NCBI GenBank assembly: GCA_964416155.1
Contig: CAYQCW010000007.1
Coordinates: 1 to 64,000 of the forward strand
Length of the DNA stretch: 64,000 nt
Source: an uncultured Nitrososphaerota archaeon
Lineage (GTDB): Archaea > Thermoproteota > EX4484-205 > JAAOZP01
Direction: 5' to 3'
Numbering within the stretch: the first letter of the stretch is position 1; every line of letters starts with the position of its first letter. Of this stretch, positions 9,232 to 18,423 are shown piece after piece. Below the pieces are notes generated by a model. The model was not told where the DNA came from, did no database searches, and saw nothing but the letters and a program-made list of their open reading frames with translations. The translations under genes and the position numbers were made by a program.

Positions 9232-11420
9232 ATTGCATCATCAATGTGATTGCCTCTTATCAACTGGTATATACCTGTTGCACCGTCTTTATCTAAACCG
9301 TTTTTACAAGAGAATAAACTGAAATAGTTTCCGTAGCCTATAACAATTGAAAAATTTTGCTTCAAATTTGAAACGACATAATCTGGTAGAGAAACTGCCC
9401 ATTCAACTGAAGGCGCGCCCTTGTTTATCAAATCTTGATTTGGCGGTATGTTTAGACCTTCTCCTAAGGAGAGTGGTGCTGCACCATGCGGTATCCCAAA
9501 TGCTTTGAAAGCTATAGGCAAACCATATCTGTACATCTCCCATTCACCACCCCAATTTCCAGATTTAAAACTTTCATATCCGTATATGAACTTTGCCAAA
9601 TCCCATGGAGGCCAAATCTTTTTAAGAGTTTGTGTTATGCCATGAACATTCTCATCTTCGATTATTCTTTTCAATTCATCCATAGTTGGTGGTTGAATTC
9701 CTTCAGGATACTTGACACCAATGAATTGGCTAACTGTGTTGGCTAAGCCATGATTTCCTCTATCTGCCAACCAGTTTGCAAACCACATCAAAGCTTCATT
9801 TCTATATTGCGTGTTCTTATATTTTTCTTTTATTTCTTCATATTCTTTTGGCAGCTGCTCAACAAACTTTTCCATTCCCTTTATTCCAGTGATTATGCTT
9901 TCCTTGTGTGCTTTCTCTATGAGATTTCCAAGAGTGTTTCTGTCTATTTTTCCCTGATGGTATAAATCCCATGCTTCATTTTTCTTTGAAACGTAGTTTG
10001 CTTTATCAAGAGTTTTTTCAGGCAAATCTGCCAAGTAAAATAAGGCTATCGTCCTGTTAGTTTTATCAGCTATAGCTTGCCTTAGCTGCTCGGAATCCCA
10101 GTATGGAAAAACTATTGGGATATCGTCTTTCTTAAGCTTTTCAGGCAAAGAATCCATATAATCGTGAAATCCCAATAACACTTGCCAAACTTCGCTATCA
10201 TTCGGCTTATAGCTCTTCTTGTCGAAATAGCTCGGCCCATACTCATCTTCAAAGATTTTCCAAGTGGATTGCTGAACCATGTGATTAATCCATTCAAACT
10301 TTTTTTCTTGCTTAGCTATCTCAGGCCTATTCTTCAAAAGCTCAGTTAAAATCCAATACTCTCTAGCCAAATCCTTGCTCTCAATTCTTATCACATTCCC
10401 AGCAACATCTCTAATTATTATCGGCTCAAAGTCAACAATATCCTCACAAGCCTCGCTCGCATCAAACAATCTTTTTATGTCAATAGCAGAATGCTTAGGC
10501 AAGCCTTGAAGCAAAGCTTGAGAATAGTTTCCAGGAATGTAAATGCTGCTTTTATGAATTAAGCCGCTTATGTTAAGCTCGTTCAAAACGTTGAAAACAT
10601 TTCTAGCAGCATTAAGCTTATCGTTAACCCTGTCATCTCTCTCAATCTGGTCTAAAACTTGGTAAGCAAGATTCTTAGGCAAAGCAGAGCCGTTATCCTT
10701 AGCAATCGTTAGAATCGAGGAAGCTAAGCTCCTATCCTTACTATAAATCTCTCTGAAAAGCGGACTGGAGCAGTAGAGGCTCACCTCGCTTAAAGGAGCC
10801 TCGACAGGCAGGGATGAGCTTAGGTTGAAGGCGTCGACGGCTTTAACCGTGTAGTCAAGCGTGCAATCAGGCTCAACCCTAGCGAAGAATTTAGCGCCAA
10901 CCTTGGTTAAAACAGCTTTCCTCCCATCGTACTCGACGAAGACCTCCCTCAAATTATCCTCGTCAACCTCAACCCAGAACTCCAAACCCCCCAATCCTCC
11001 CTCGACACTCGCGTTTTTAATCAGCGGGGCCTCCAGGTTAGCTAGGAACTCAAGGCTCCGCCTAGCCTCGTTACCAGCCTCATCCCTAACAATAAGCTCA
11101 GCCGTAAACAAGCCTTCACCAGCCAGAATAGTAGAGGGGTCAAAGCCAGCATTGTAGACAACAGTGCCATTACCGAATTTCTGAGCCAGAGGAACCTGAA
11201 CAGTGCTCGAGTTAAACCTGAGAAAAGCAAGCTCAGCAGGCTCCTTCTCCACAACGACAATAAAAACCTCCTGAGCCTCACCCCTAGCCACCCTGCTCTT
11301 AAAACCAAGGCTCTTAATCTCTGGAGGCTGATGATCCTGAGAGAAAAACCAGACTGCCAATACAAGAATAGCAATGGCGAGGAGAACGCCGATAACCCTC
11401 CCGGCTCTAAAGCCCCTCAT
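9213..11420 (-). CDS. Membrane-anchored hypothetical protein (N-terminal signal anchor, Ig-like segments, AT-rich C-terminal region)
   Basis: 735-aa ORF; N-terminal hydrophobic helix; DHQPPEIKS Ig-like start; composition shift near 10700-10800. Confidence 0.75.
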   Translation of the reverse strand: MRGFRAGRVIGVLLAIAILVLAVWFFSQDHQPPEIKSLGFKSRVARGEAQEVFIVVVEKEPAELAFLRFNSSTVQVPLAQKFGNGTVVYNAGFDPSTILAGEGLFTAELIVRDEAGNEARRSLEFLANLEAPLIKNASVEGGLGGLEFWVEVDEDNLREVFVEYDGRKAVLTKVGAKFFARVEPDCTLDYTVKAVDAFNLSSSLPVEAPLSEVSLYCSSPLFREIYSKDRSLASSILTIAKDNGSALPKNLAYQVLDQIERDDRVNDKLNAARNVFNVLNELNISGLIHKSSIYIPGNYSQALLQGLPKHSAIDIKRLFDASEACEDIVDFEPIIIRDVAGNVIRIESKDLAREYWILTELLKNRPEIAKQEKKFEWINHMVQQSTWKIFEDEYGPSYFDKKSYKPNDSEVWQVLLGFHDYMDSLPEKLKKDDIPIVFPYWDSEQLRQAIADKTNRTIALFYLADLPEKTLDKANYVSKKNEAWDLYHQGKIDRNTLGNLIEKAHKESIITGIKGMEKFVEQLPKEYEEIKEKYKNTQYRNEALMWFANWLADRGNHGLANTVSQFIGVKYPEGIQPPTMDELKRIIEDENVHGITQTLKKIWPPWDLAKFIYGYESFKSGNWGGEWEMYRYGLPIAFKAFGIPHGAAPLSLGEGLNIPPNQDLINKGAPSVEWAVSLPDYVVSNLKQNFSIVIGYGNYFSLFSCKNGLDKDGATGIYQLIRGNHIDDAIYLWKK

Positions 11421-11483
11421 GCAAACGATTACTGAAGCATGAAGAAGATTTAAGCCTTCACATTAGACCACACGAAACACTGA

Positions 11484-11512
11484 AGAACAACGTTAAAAAC
11501 AGCCGTTTAAAC
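11484..11512 (+). repeat. Direct repeat copy 2 (AGAACAACGTTAAAAACAGCCGTTTAAAC)
   Basis: 26/29 identical to 8758-8786. Confidence 0.6.
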
Positions 11513-11598
11513 CCAGCATACAGCCACCACACCACTAAAAACCCTAAACCTTAAATACACCTCTACCGAGCAAATGAACAGCAAGGAGGAAAAGAAAA

Positions 11599-12921
11599 AT
11601 GAGTTCGAGCAAACCACACCTGAACCTCATCGTGTGCGGTCACGTCGACCACGGAAAGAGTACTACTACGGGCCACCTGCTATACTTGACCGGCTACGTT
11701 GACGAGAGAAGGATGAGGGAGCTGGAGGCGGAGTCAGCTAAGACCGGCATGGGCGACACCTTCAAATTCGCATGGGTACTCGACAGGCTTAAGGAAGAGA
11801 GGGAGAGAGGAGTAACAATCGACGCGATGTACGTAAAGTTTGAAACAAAGAAATATTACTATACGATTATAGATGCTCCAGGACATCGTGATTTCGTGAA
11901 GAATATGATTACTGGTGCTAGTCAGGCTGATAGTGCTTTGCTGATTGTTTCTGCGAAGCTTGGTGAGTTTGAGGCTGGTGTTAGTCCTGAGGGTCAGACG
12001 ACTGAGCATGCGTTTCTGTTGTTTACTCTTGGTGTTCGTCAGATTGTGATTGGTGTTAATAAGATGGATGATCCTACGGTGAACTGGAGGCAGGAGCGTT
12101 TTCTTGAGGTGAAGAAGGGTATTGAGGATTTGCTTCGCAGGATTGGTTTTAATCTTGAGAAGCTTCAGATTCCTATTATTCCGATTAGCGGGTGGACTGG
12201 TGATAATCTTGTTAAGAGTAGTGATAAGATGCCTTGGTTTAAGGGTCCGACTTTGCTTGAGGCTTTTGACCTATTTCAGCCTCCGCCTAGGCCTGTTGAT
12301 AAGCCGTTGAGGATTCCGATTCAGCAGGTGTTTACGATTACTGGTGTTGGGACTGTTCCTGTGGGTAGGGTTGAGACTGGTGTGTTGAGGCCTAATACGA
12401 GGATTGTTGTGAGGCCTGTTGATAAGGTTGGTGATTTGAAGACTATTGAGATGCATCATACGCAGCTTGAGAAGGCTGAGCCTGGTGATAATATTGGTAT
12501 GGCTGTGAAGGGTTTGGCGAAGGAGGAGTTGAAGAGGGGTAATGTGATTGGGTATCTTGATAATCCGCCTACTGTTGCGAAGAGTTTTGTGGGTAGGATT
12601 ATTGTGATTAGGCATCCGACTGCTATTGCTGCTGGCTACACGCCTGTTTTGCATGTGCATACTGAGCAGATTGCTTGCACTTTCGAAGAGCTTCAGAAGA
12701 AGATTGATCCTCGTACTGGCGCGGTTGTTCAGGAGAAGCCTGATTTCTTGAAGACTGGTGATGCTGCGATTGTGAAGTTTAGGCCTTTGAAGCCTGTTGC
12801 TATTGAGGTTTACTCTGATTTTCCGCAGCTGGGTAGGTTTGCTATTAGGGATATGGGTATGACTATCGCGGCAGGGATCGTCACGGAGATTCCTGAGAAG
12901 GTTCCGTTTGAGGCGAAGTAG
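11599..12921 (+). CDS. tuf: Translation elongation factor EF-1alpha
   Basis: GHVDHGKST, ERERGVTI, DAPGHRDFVKNMITGASQAD, NKMD, LGRFAIRDMG. Confidence 0.98.
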   Translation: MSSSKPHLNLIVCGHVDHGKSTTTGHLLYLTGYVDERRMRELEAESAKTGMGDTFKFAWVLDRLKEERERGVTIDAMYVKFETKKYYYTIIDAPGHRDFVKNMITGASQADSALLIVSAKLGEFEAGVSPEGQTTEHAFLLFTLGVRQIVIGVNKMDDPTVNWRQERFLEVKKGIEDLLRRIGFNLEKLQIPIIPISGWTGDNLVKSSDKMPWFKGPTLLEAFDLFQPPPRPVDKPLRIPIQQVFTITGVGTVPVGRVETGVLRPNTRIVVRPVDKVGDLKTIEMHHTQLEKAEPGDNIGMAVKGLAKEELKRGNVIGYLDNPPTVAKSFVGRIIVIRHPTAIAAGYTPVLHVHTEQIACTFEELQKKIDPRTGAVVQEKPDFLKTGDAAIVKFRPLKPVAIEVYSDFPQLGRFAIRDMGMTIAAGIVTEIPEKVPFEAK

Positions 12922-12980
12922 CCTCTTTAAGTTTCTATTTTTTAGCGTGTTATTGTGTTTGACGAAGCCTTATTATAAGC

Positions 12981-13280
12981 CTTCACCATGTTCGAGACTT
13001 TAATAGCCGGGTGCCGGTCTTCGCACAACCCAACCGGCAATCCTCTGGAAAACTTACGCTGGCGTTGGGAGGAGGGTTCTGGCTTCTCTCTTCGGTAGGG
13101 AGGCTTTGAAGGAGGTGAGGGTGTTGGATGGGGTTAGTCTCAGGGTTCAATGGGGGGTCTTGCATCTTGGGGTCTAACGGGCGTGCTTGTGGAGACGCAG
13201 GGCACTGGGCTATTATTGAGTGCGAACAAATGAAGAATCGGAAGGCTCCTTTAGAAGCGGGGTGGGTCCCGTTAGGGTTT
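12981..13280 (+). ncRNA. Candidate structured non-coding RNA (unknown family)
   Basis: 12981-13015 pairs with 13201-13235 (~29 bp including G-U); cUUCGg hairpin 13081-13105; hairpin 13012-13039; 8-bp pairing 13174-13181/13268-13275; TATA-like 12970-12977; T-rich tract after 13278. Confidence 0.5.
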
Positions 13281-13321
13281 TTCAGGTCTTTTTCTATTTT
13301 TTTTCTTTTCTGTTTCTTTTT
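13278..13321 (+). terminator. Poly-T archaeal terminator-like tract
   Basis: TTTTTCAGGTCTTTTTCTATTTTTTTTCTTTTCTGTTTCTTTTT. Confidence 0.5.
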
Positions 13322-13393
13322 AGACGGTTTATTCTGGCTGGGGTTGTTGATAGGGTTTAGAAGAAAGTTGGAGAATGGGGGTTGGTGTGGTTT

Positions 13394-13690
13394 TTAACGG
13401 GTTATTTCTATCACTATGGTTCCGCTCACGTCTCTAGCAACGTCTTTGGTGGTGCCTGAAATCTGCCATTGGGAAATATTGTGGTTGTCTTCCCAAAAAT
13501 CCAAAGAGGTTTCTGGACTATCCAGCGTGAGGCTAACTTGTCCTACACTCGTCTCAAGGAAGCTTTTTTCTATCGTACCTGTAAGAAAATACCCTGGATG
13601 CTCGGCAAACTCACTAGTCTCATTCATATAAGTTCGGCATATTCAGTATATCCCAATACTTACATTTGTAAGTGGTTTATATAGTTTTTC
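13394..13690 (-). pseudogene. AT-rich gene remnant
   Basis: 77-aa ORF continues upstream through an in-frame stop; no intact start. Confidence 0.35.
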
Positions 13691-13990
13691 TATTTTCTAA
13701 AATTCACTAAATAGCTTTCACATCATACTGTAATCATGCTAACGGTAAAAATGTTCGGTTCAAAAATCCTTAATACTCATGGCTATTCATAAATTTATTG
13801 TAGTAGGTTATAAGTCTGGATGAAGAGATAAACCCAATATTTTTATAGAAACATGAATCCTTAATGGGCGCGCTAAGCATCTTTCGATAATAATCGCGGT
13901 GGTCCTTGGATAACTCCAGCGATAGGGCCCAGAGCTGGACCAGGAGCGAATTCAAAAGATAGCGGGCGAAGCCCGGCTGTGTTTTTTTCC

Positions 13991-14028
13991 TGTAAACATT
14001 TATATAGTGTTACGATAAATGTGTTACA
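13991..14028 (+). promoter_or_regulatory. vapBC promoter with overlapping imperfect inverted repeat (putative operator)
   Basis: TGTAAACATTTAT...ATAAATGTGTTACA overlapping TTTATATA, ending just before the antitoxin ATG (leaderless). Confidence 0.55.
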
Positions 14029-14029
14029 T

Positions 14030-14254
14030 ATGAGTGCTACGATAACCGTTAGGGTTCCGAGGCAGCTGAAGGAGGAGGCTAAGAGGCATGGGATAAAGCT
14101 CAGCCAAGTTGTTAGGAGAGCCTTAGAGAAAGAGGTGAGGAGGAAGAGGATTGAGGAGGCCAGAAGGGCGGCGGGGGAGCTTGGGGAGCTTTTCTCCAAG
14201 GTTTCTGAGAAGGATATAGTGAGGAGCATCAGGGAGGCTCGGAGAGAAGACTGA
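14030..14254 (+). CDS. vapB: VapB-type antitoxin (RHH/CcdA-like)
   Basis: MSATITVRVPRQLKEEA..IKLSQVVRRALEKEV; directly upstream of a PIN gene. Confidence 0.85.
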   Translation: MSATITVRVPRQLKEEAKRHGIKLSQVVRRALEKEVRRKRIEEARRAAGELGELFSKVSEKDIVRSIREARRED

Positions 14255-14674
14255 TTGCACGTTCTGGACGCGAGCGCCATAGCCGTCTTGCTGAGGAGGT
14301 TCAGGGAAAAGTCTCCTGAGCTTTTAGAGGGGCGCGTCACCCTGGATCTTGCGCTCTATGAGCTTAGCAATTTGATATGGAAGGAGTGCGCCCTGGAGAA
14401 ACGGGTTGGGAGGGAGCAGGCCATAAGCATGGTTGGAGGCCTATGCAGCGTGTTGAACACGATGATTATGGAAAAGATTGCTTCAAGCGGGGATTTGAAG
14501 GGGGTGATGAAGCTGGCGGTTGAGCTCAACCTGACTTTCTACGATTCCTCCTACCTGTATCTGGCGAAAACCAGAAGGGCCATACTTGTCACTGAGGATG
14601 ACGAGCTCGCCAGGAGGGCGAGACAGGTGAATGTTAAAACAGAGAGGGTTGACGAGTACGTGGAGTCGGGTTGA
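14255..14674 (+). CDS. vapC: VapC PIN-domain toxin
   Basis: VLDASAI, YELSNLIWK, LTFYDSSYLYLA, LVTEDDEL. Confidence 0.9.
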   Translation: MHVLDASAIAVLLRRFREKSPELLEGRVTLDLALYELSNLIWKECALEKRVGREQAISMVGGLCSVLNTMIMEKIASSGDLKGVMKLAVELNLTFYDSSYLYLAKTRRAILVTEDDELARRARQVNVKTERVDEYVESG

Positions 14675-14871
14675 CCGTTGCTGGGAACGTGCTTATTGCC
14701 GACCGGGAGTTGGAAGCATCGAAGTTGCTTTGAGAAGTAGCAACTTTTTAAGTTGTCTCTTATTTTTCTTGTCTCCAGCTATCTTTGTTTCTTCCCATCG
14801 CTTTTATGCTTTGCCGTGGTTTTTAGAAAGCTTTAATATTGCGGAGCTCGGCCAGAAAAAATGATAATAAA

Positions 14872-15699
14872 ATGAATAAGAGGAAGATGCGGAAAAACGT
14901 TAGAGAAGCCTACGGCAGGATCGCCAAGGGGCAGGGGGGCTGCGGGTGTTGCTCCTGTACACCGGATGTTAAACAATTTGCTAAATCCATCGGCTACTCA
15001 GAGGATGAGCTTAGACTTGTTCCGGATGAAGCTAACTTGGCCCTCGGCTGTGGAAACCCGGTGGCTTTAGCTGGTCTTAAAAAAGGCGAGGTGGTGCTTG
15101 ACCTTGGTTCAGGCGCTGGTTTCGACTGTTTTGTAGCCGCGGCCAAGGTTGGTCCAAAGGGTAGAGTCATCGGGGTGGATATGACGCCCGAGATGGTTGA
15201 AAGGGCAAGGAGTATCGCTAGAAAGAACGGTGTTAGAAACGTTGAGTTTAGGTTGGGCGAGATTGAGAATCTGCCTGTTGCGGATAATTCGGTTGACATA
15301 GTGATGAGCAACTGCGTCATCAACCTGTCAGCGGATAAGCCGAGGGTTTTCCGGGAGATTTACAGGGTGTTAAAGCCTGGCGGAAGGATAGCGGTTTCCG
15401 ATACTGCCCTTCTCAAAAAGCTTCCTAGGAAAATGCTGGAGAGCGTTGAGGCTTATGTTGGTTGTGTTGGAGGAGCAATGCTTGTTGACGAGTATAAAAA
15501 GATTGTGAAGGAATCTGGGTTAAAGGATGTAAGAATTACGGTTAAAGGCTCTTCCTGCATCGATCCTAATATGAGAGATCCGGTGGGCAGAGCAGTTTTA
15601 GACGGTTTACCGGAGAATGAGTCTTTAGAAGATTATGTAGTTAGTGTTTATGTGGAGGGACATAAACCGCGCCTTCCACGTAGGTGTAAGAATCATTAG
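14872..15699 (+). CDS. arsM: Arsenite methyltransferase
   Basis: N-terminal CGCCSC; LGCGNP; VLDLGSGAGFD; IGVDMTPEM; SNCVINL; GCVGGA. Confidence 0.92.
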   Translation: MNKRKMRKNVREAYGRIAKGQGGCGCCSCTPDVKQFAKSIGYSEDELRLVPDEANLALGCGNPVALAGLKKGEVVLDLGSGAGFDCFVAAAKVGPKGRVIGVDMTPEMVERARSIARKNGVRNVEFRLGEIENLPVADNSVDIVMSNCVINLSADKPRVFREIYRVLKPGGRIAVSDTALLKKLPRKMLESVEAYVGCVGGAMLVDEYKKIVKESGLKDVRITVKGSSCIDPNMRDPVGRAVLDGLPENESLEDYVVSVYVEGHKPRLPRRCKNH

Positions 15700-16524
15700 A
15701 CGCAACTGATATTGACGAATGATTTTTAGGCGAGAATTTGAAAAGCTTACAGTTATTAGCCGCAAACTTTTAAAAAACTTGTGAAAAACAGTTGGCGTAC
15801 GCTAAGCTCTAGCTCCAGCCTATATCCTCCTAGAAGAATCCGGTATGTCTCTTGTGGAGCTGACTGTTCAACCCAGCGTAGCGTGCACGCTAAAAACGTC
15901 CAAGAATATTTGTCAGGATGTCTTATTTTAGGGTAGGCTTGTTCTCGGGGGGAAGCGGTTTCAGAGTTAGCCGTAACCCCTTTTTTCCACAGGCGTAGAA
16001 GCTTCCTGCATATCTTGGTACTGAACCCCTTAGGTAAAGATTACTTTGGAGATACTGGCGGAAAAGGGAGCCCCCGGGTTTGGTGTCGGCTTGCCGGCAG
16101 ATTACAGGAGGAATGGGATATGGATGCTAGAGTAGTATGGGTAAGATCGCAGGGTTATACATGGAGGGGCTTAAGAAGGCAGGCTGGGAGTATGTTGAGA
16201 GAGTAAAGTATTATTCTTGGAGTTCTGGAAGCCGCCGGTGGAGAAAAGGCAAGGAGACCATAGTTATAGGTTTCCCAGCCGACTGTATAGTTTCATACAT
16301 AAGAATCGCCGGATAGGCCGAGCTGCTTTCTGAAAAATTTCTTCTTGCAAATCTTTCTACTCTTTCGATTATCTCTTCTCTGCGTGCATGTTGAACTCTA
16401 GCCGGATTTTATGCGTGAACGCATGCATCTTCCTAAGCGGATTAAGGAGAACGCTTCTCAGATAATTGGCGAGCGGGGTTCATTTCTCACAATCAGGTTG
16501 CAGCGATATGGTTGGTTTTCATCT

Positions 16525-16701
16525 TTACACCGGCTCGAAGAGGTCTTTGCTGGCTCCGCACACGGGACAGACCCAGTCTTCAGGAAGGTTTTCGAAAAGT
16601 GTTCCCGGGGGGATTCTGCCTTCCGGGTCTCCCAGCGTGGGGTCGTAGACATATCCGCAGACAGTGCACCTGTATTTCTTAACGGGTTTTTCCTCAGGCA
16701 T
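16525..16701 (-). CDS. Rubredoxin (58 aa, absent from ORF track)
   Basis: [58 protein letters not shown], with two CxxCG knuckles. Confidence 0.95.
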   Translation of the reverse strand: MPEEKPVKKYRCTVCGYVYDPTLGDPEGRIPPGTLFENLPEDWVCPVCGASKDLFEPV

Positions 16702-16764
16702 GCCGGTTCAACTATTCGAATTTCGATTAATCTTTATAAATCTTTAGCGTAAGTTTAGCTTAGA

Positions 16765-18423
16765 ATGGTTCAAGAGTATTCTGTTTTAATAGGCGGGCAG
16801 GCTGGCGACGGGATTAGGCTGGCTGGGGGTTTGGTGGTGAGGCTTTTCAACAGGCTTGGCTACTGGGTTTTCGCGTATAATGATTACCAGTCGCTGATAA
16901 GGGGCGGCCACAACTTCACGATTATAAGGGCCTCCGGGAAAAGGGTTCAGGCTCATCGGAATATGGTTGACATCATGGTGGCGTTCAACCAGGAGACTGT
17001 GGAGAAGCACGGGTGGAGGTTGAAGGAGGGGTCCCTGGTGATTTTTGACTCAAGCATGTTTAAGGCTGAAGGCTTGGGTCTGCCTTTTAGCGAGACCGCT
17101 AGGAAGAGGAATCTGCCCTTGATTGTTAGGAACACGGCTGCGCTTGGAGCCTTGGCTTCAACACTCGGCTTAGAGTTTCACCTTGTTGAAGAAGTGGTGA
17201 GGAGCACGGTTAGGAGAAGCGTGGATGAGAATATGGCTGTGGCGAAAGAGGGTTACGATATGGCTAAGGATTACAGGGGTTTTATCCAAGTGCAAGCCGT
17301 CGACAATCCTCCTAGGCCAATCCTGTCTGGGAACGAGGCCATAGGGCTGGGGGCGGTTAAGGCTGGTTTAAAGCTGTACGTGGCCTACCCTATGACCCCC
17401 TCCACTCCTCTGCTTCACTATTTAGCTGGCAACGCTGACGAGCTTGGGATTGCCGTAGTCCAGCCTGAGAACGAGATAGCGGTGATAGGGGTGGCTGAGG
17501 GAGCAGCCTACGCTGGGGTTAGGACGATGGTTGGAACATCTGGCGGCGGTTTCTGCCTGATGGTGGAGCACCTGAGCCTAGCCGGCCAGGCTGAGATCCC
17601 TGTAGTGATAATGATTGGCGAGAGGCCTGGGCCTGCTATAGGGTTGCCAACGTATCATGCTCAGGGAGAGTTGTTCTTCCCGATTTTCGCGGGCCACGGG
17701 GAGTTTCCGAGAATAGTGGTTTCCCCAGGCGACCCGGAGGAGGCGTTTTACCTCTCGGCGGAGGCGTTGAACCTGGCGTGGAGATTCCAGGTTCCAGTTA
17801 TACTGGTGGCTGACTACAGTCTTCTCGAAAGCTCTTTCTCAAGCGTTTTAGACGAGGATAAAGTATTGGTTGAAAACCCGAAGCTGTGGAGCGGTGGAGA
17901 AGAGTATAAACGGTACTTGCTTACTGGGGACGGTGTCTCGCCGCTGGCTTTCCCCGGGACAACAGGGGTGACTGTTAAGGCGAACAGCTATGAGCATGAC
18001 GAATACGGGGTAACCACTGAAGACCCGGTGTTAACCGTGAGGAACGCTGAGAAGAGGCTGGCTAAGTCTAAAGCGATAGAGGACGAGCTTCGGAAAAGGG
18101 AGACTGTGAAGACGTATGGAAACCTACGGGCTGACACTGTTTTAGTGGCCTGGGGCTCGACGAAGGGGGCTGTTGTAGAGGTTGCGGAGGAACATGGTCT
18201 TGGTGTTGTTCAACCATTATATTTGAATCCTCTTCCCGTTTGGGAGATAGAGAAACACTTGAAGGGAAAGAACATTGTTTGCGTGGAGGCGAATTCAACA
18301 GGCCAGTTGGCGAGATGGATTAGGTTTCACGGGTTCAGGGTTAACCGGACTGTCTTGAAGTACGACGGGAGGGCATTAACTGTGGATGAGCTTGAGGAGA
18401 AAATAAAGGAGGCGGGTGTCTAA
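16765..18423 (+). CDS. 2-oxoacid:ferredoxin oxidoreductase subunit alpha (gamma-alpha fusion)
   Basis: GGQAGDG, YQSLIRGGHN, GNEAIG, YPMTPS, TSGGGF, YEHDEYG. Confidence 0.93.
   Translation: MVQEYSVLIGGQAGDGIRLAGGLVVRLFNRLGYWVFAYNDYQSLIRGGHNFTIIRASGKRVQAHRNMVDIMVAFNQETVEKHGWRLKEGSLVIFDSSMFKAEGLGLPFSETARKRNLPLIVRNTAALGALASTLGLEFHLVEEVVRSTVRRSVDENMAVAKEGYDMAKDYRGFIQVQAVDNPPRPILSGNEAIGLGAVKAGLKLYVAYPMTPSTPLLHYLAGNADELGIAVVQPENEIAVIGVAEGAAYAGVRTMVGTSGGGFCLMVEHLSLAGQAEIPVVIMIGERPGPAIGLPTYHAQGELFFPIFAGHGEFPRIVVSPGDPEEAFYLSAEALNLAWRFQVPVILVADYSLLESSFSSVLDEDKVLVENPKLWSGGEEYKRYLLTGDGVSPLAFPGTTGVTVKANSYEHDEYGVTTEDPVLTVRNAEKRLAKSKAIEDELRKRETVKTYGNLRADTVLVAWGSTKGAVVEVAEEHGLGVVQPLYLNPLPVWEIEKHLKGKNIVCVEANSTGQLARWIRFHGFRVNRTVLKYDGRALTVDELEEKIKEAGV

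Noticed and set aside
12981-13280. RNase P RNA, SRP RNA, tmRNA or retron msr-msd
   Set aside because: No P4 consensus, no SRP helix-8 motif, no tRNA-like CCA end, and no reverse transcriptase in the window
13128-13397. 89-aa ORF as a protein gene
   Set aside because: Runs through the structured element and the poly-T tract; low-complexity Phe-rich translation
15946-15992. Possible H/ACA guide hairpin ending in ACA
   Set aside because: No two-sided pseudouridylation pocket or K-turn; stem relies on several G-U pairs
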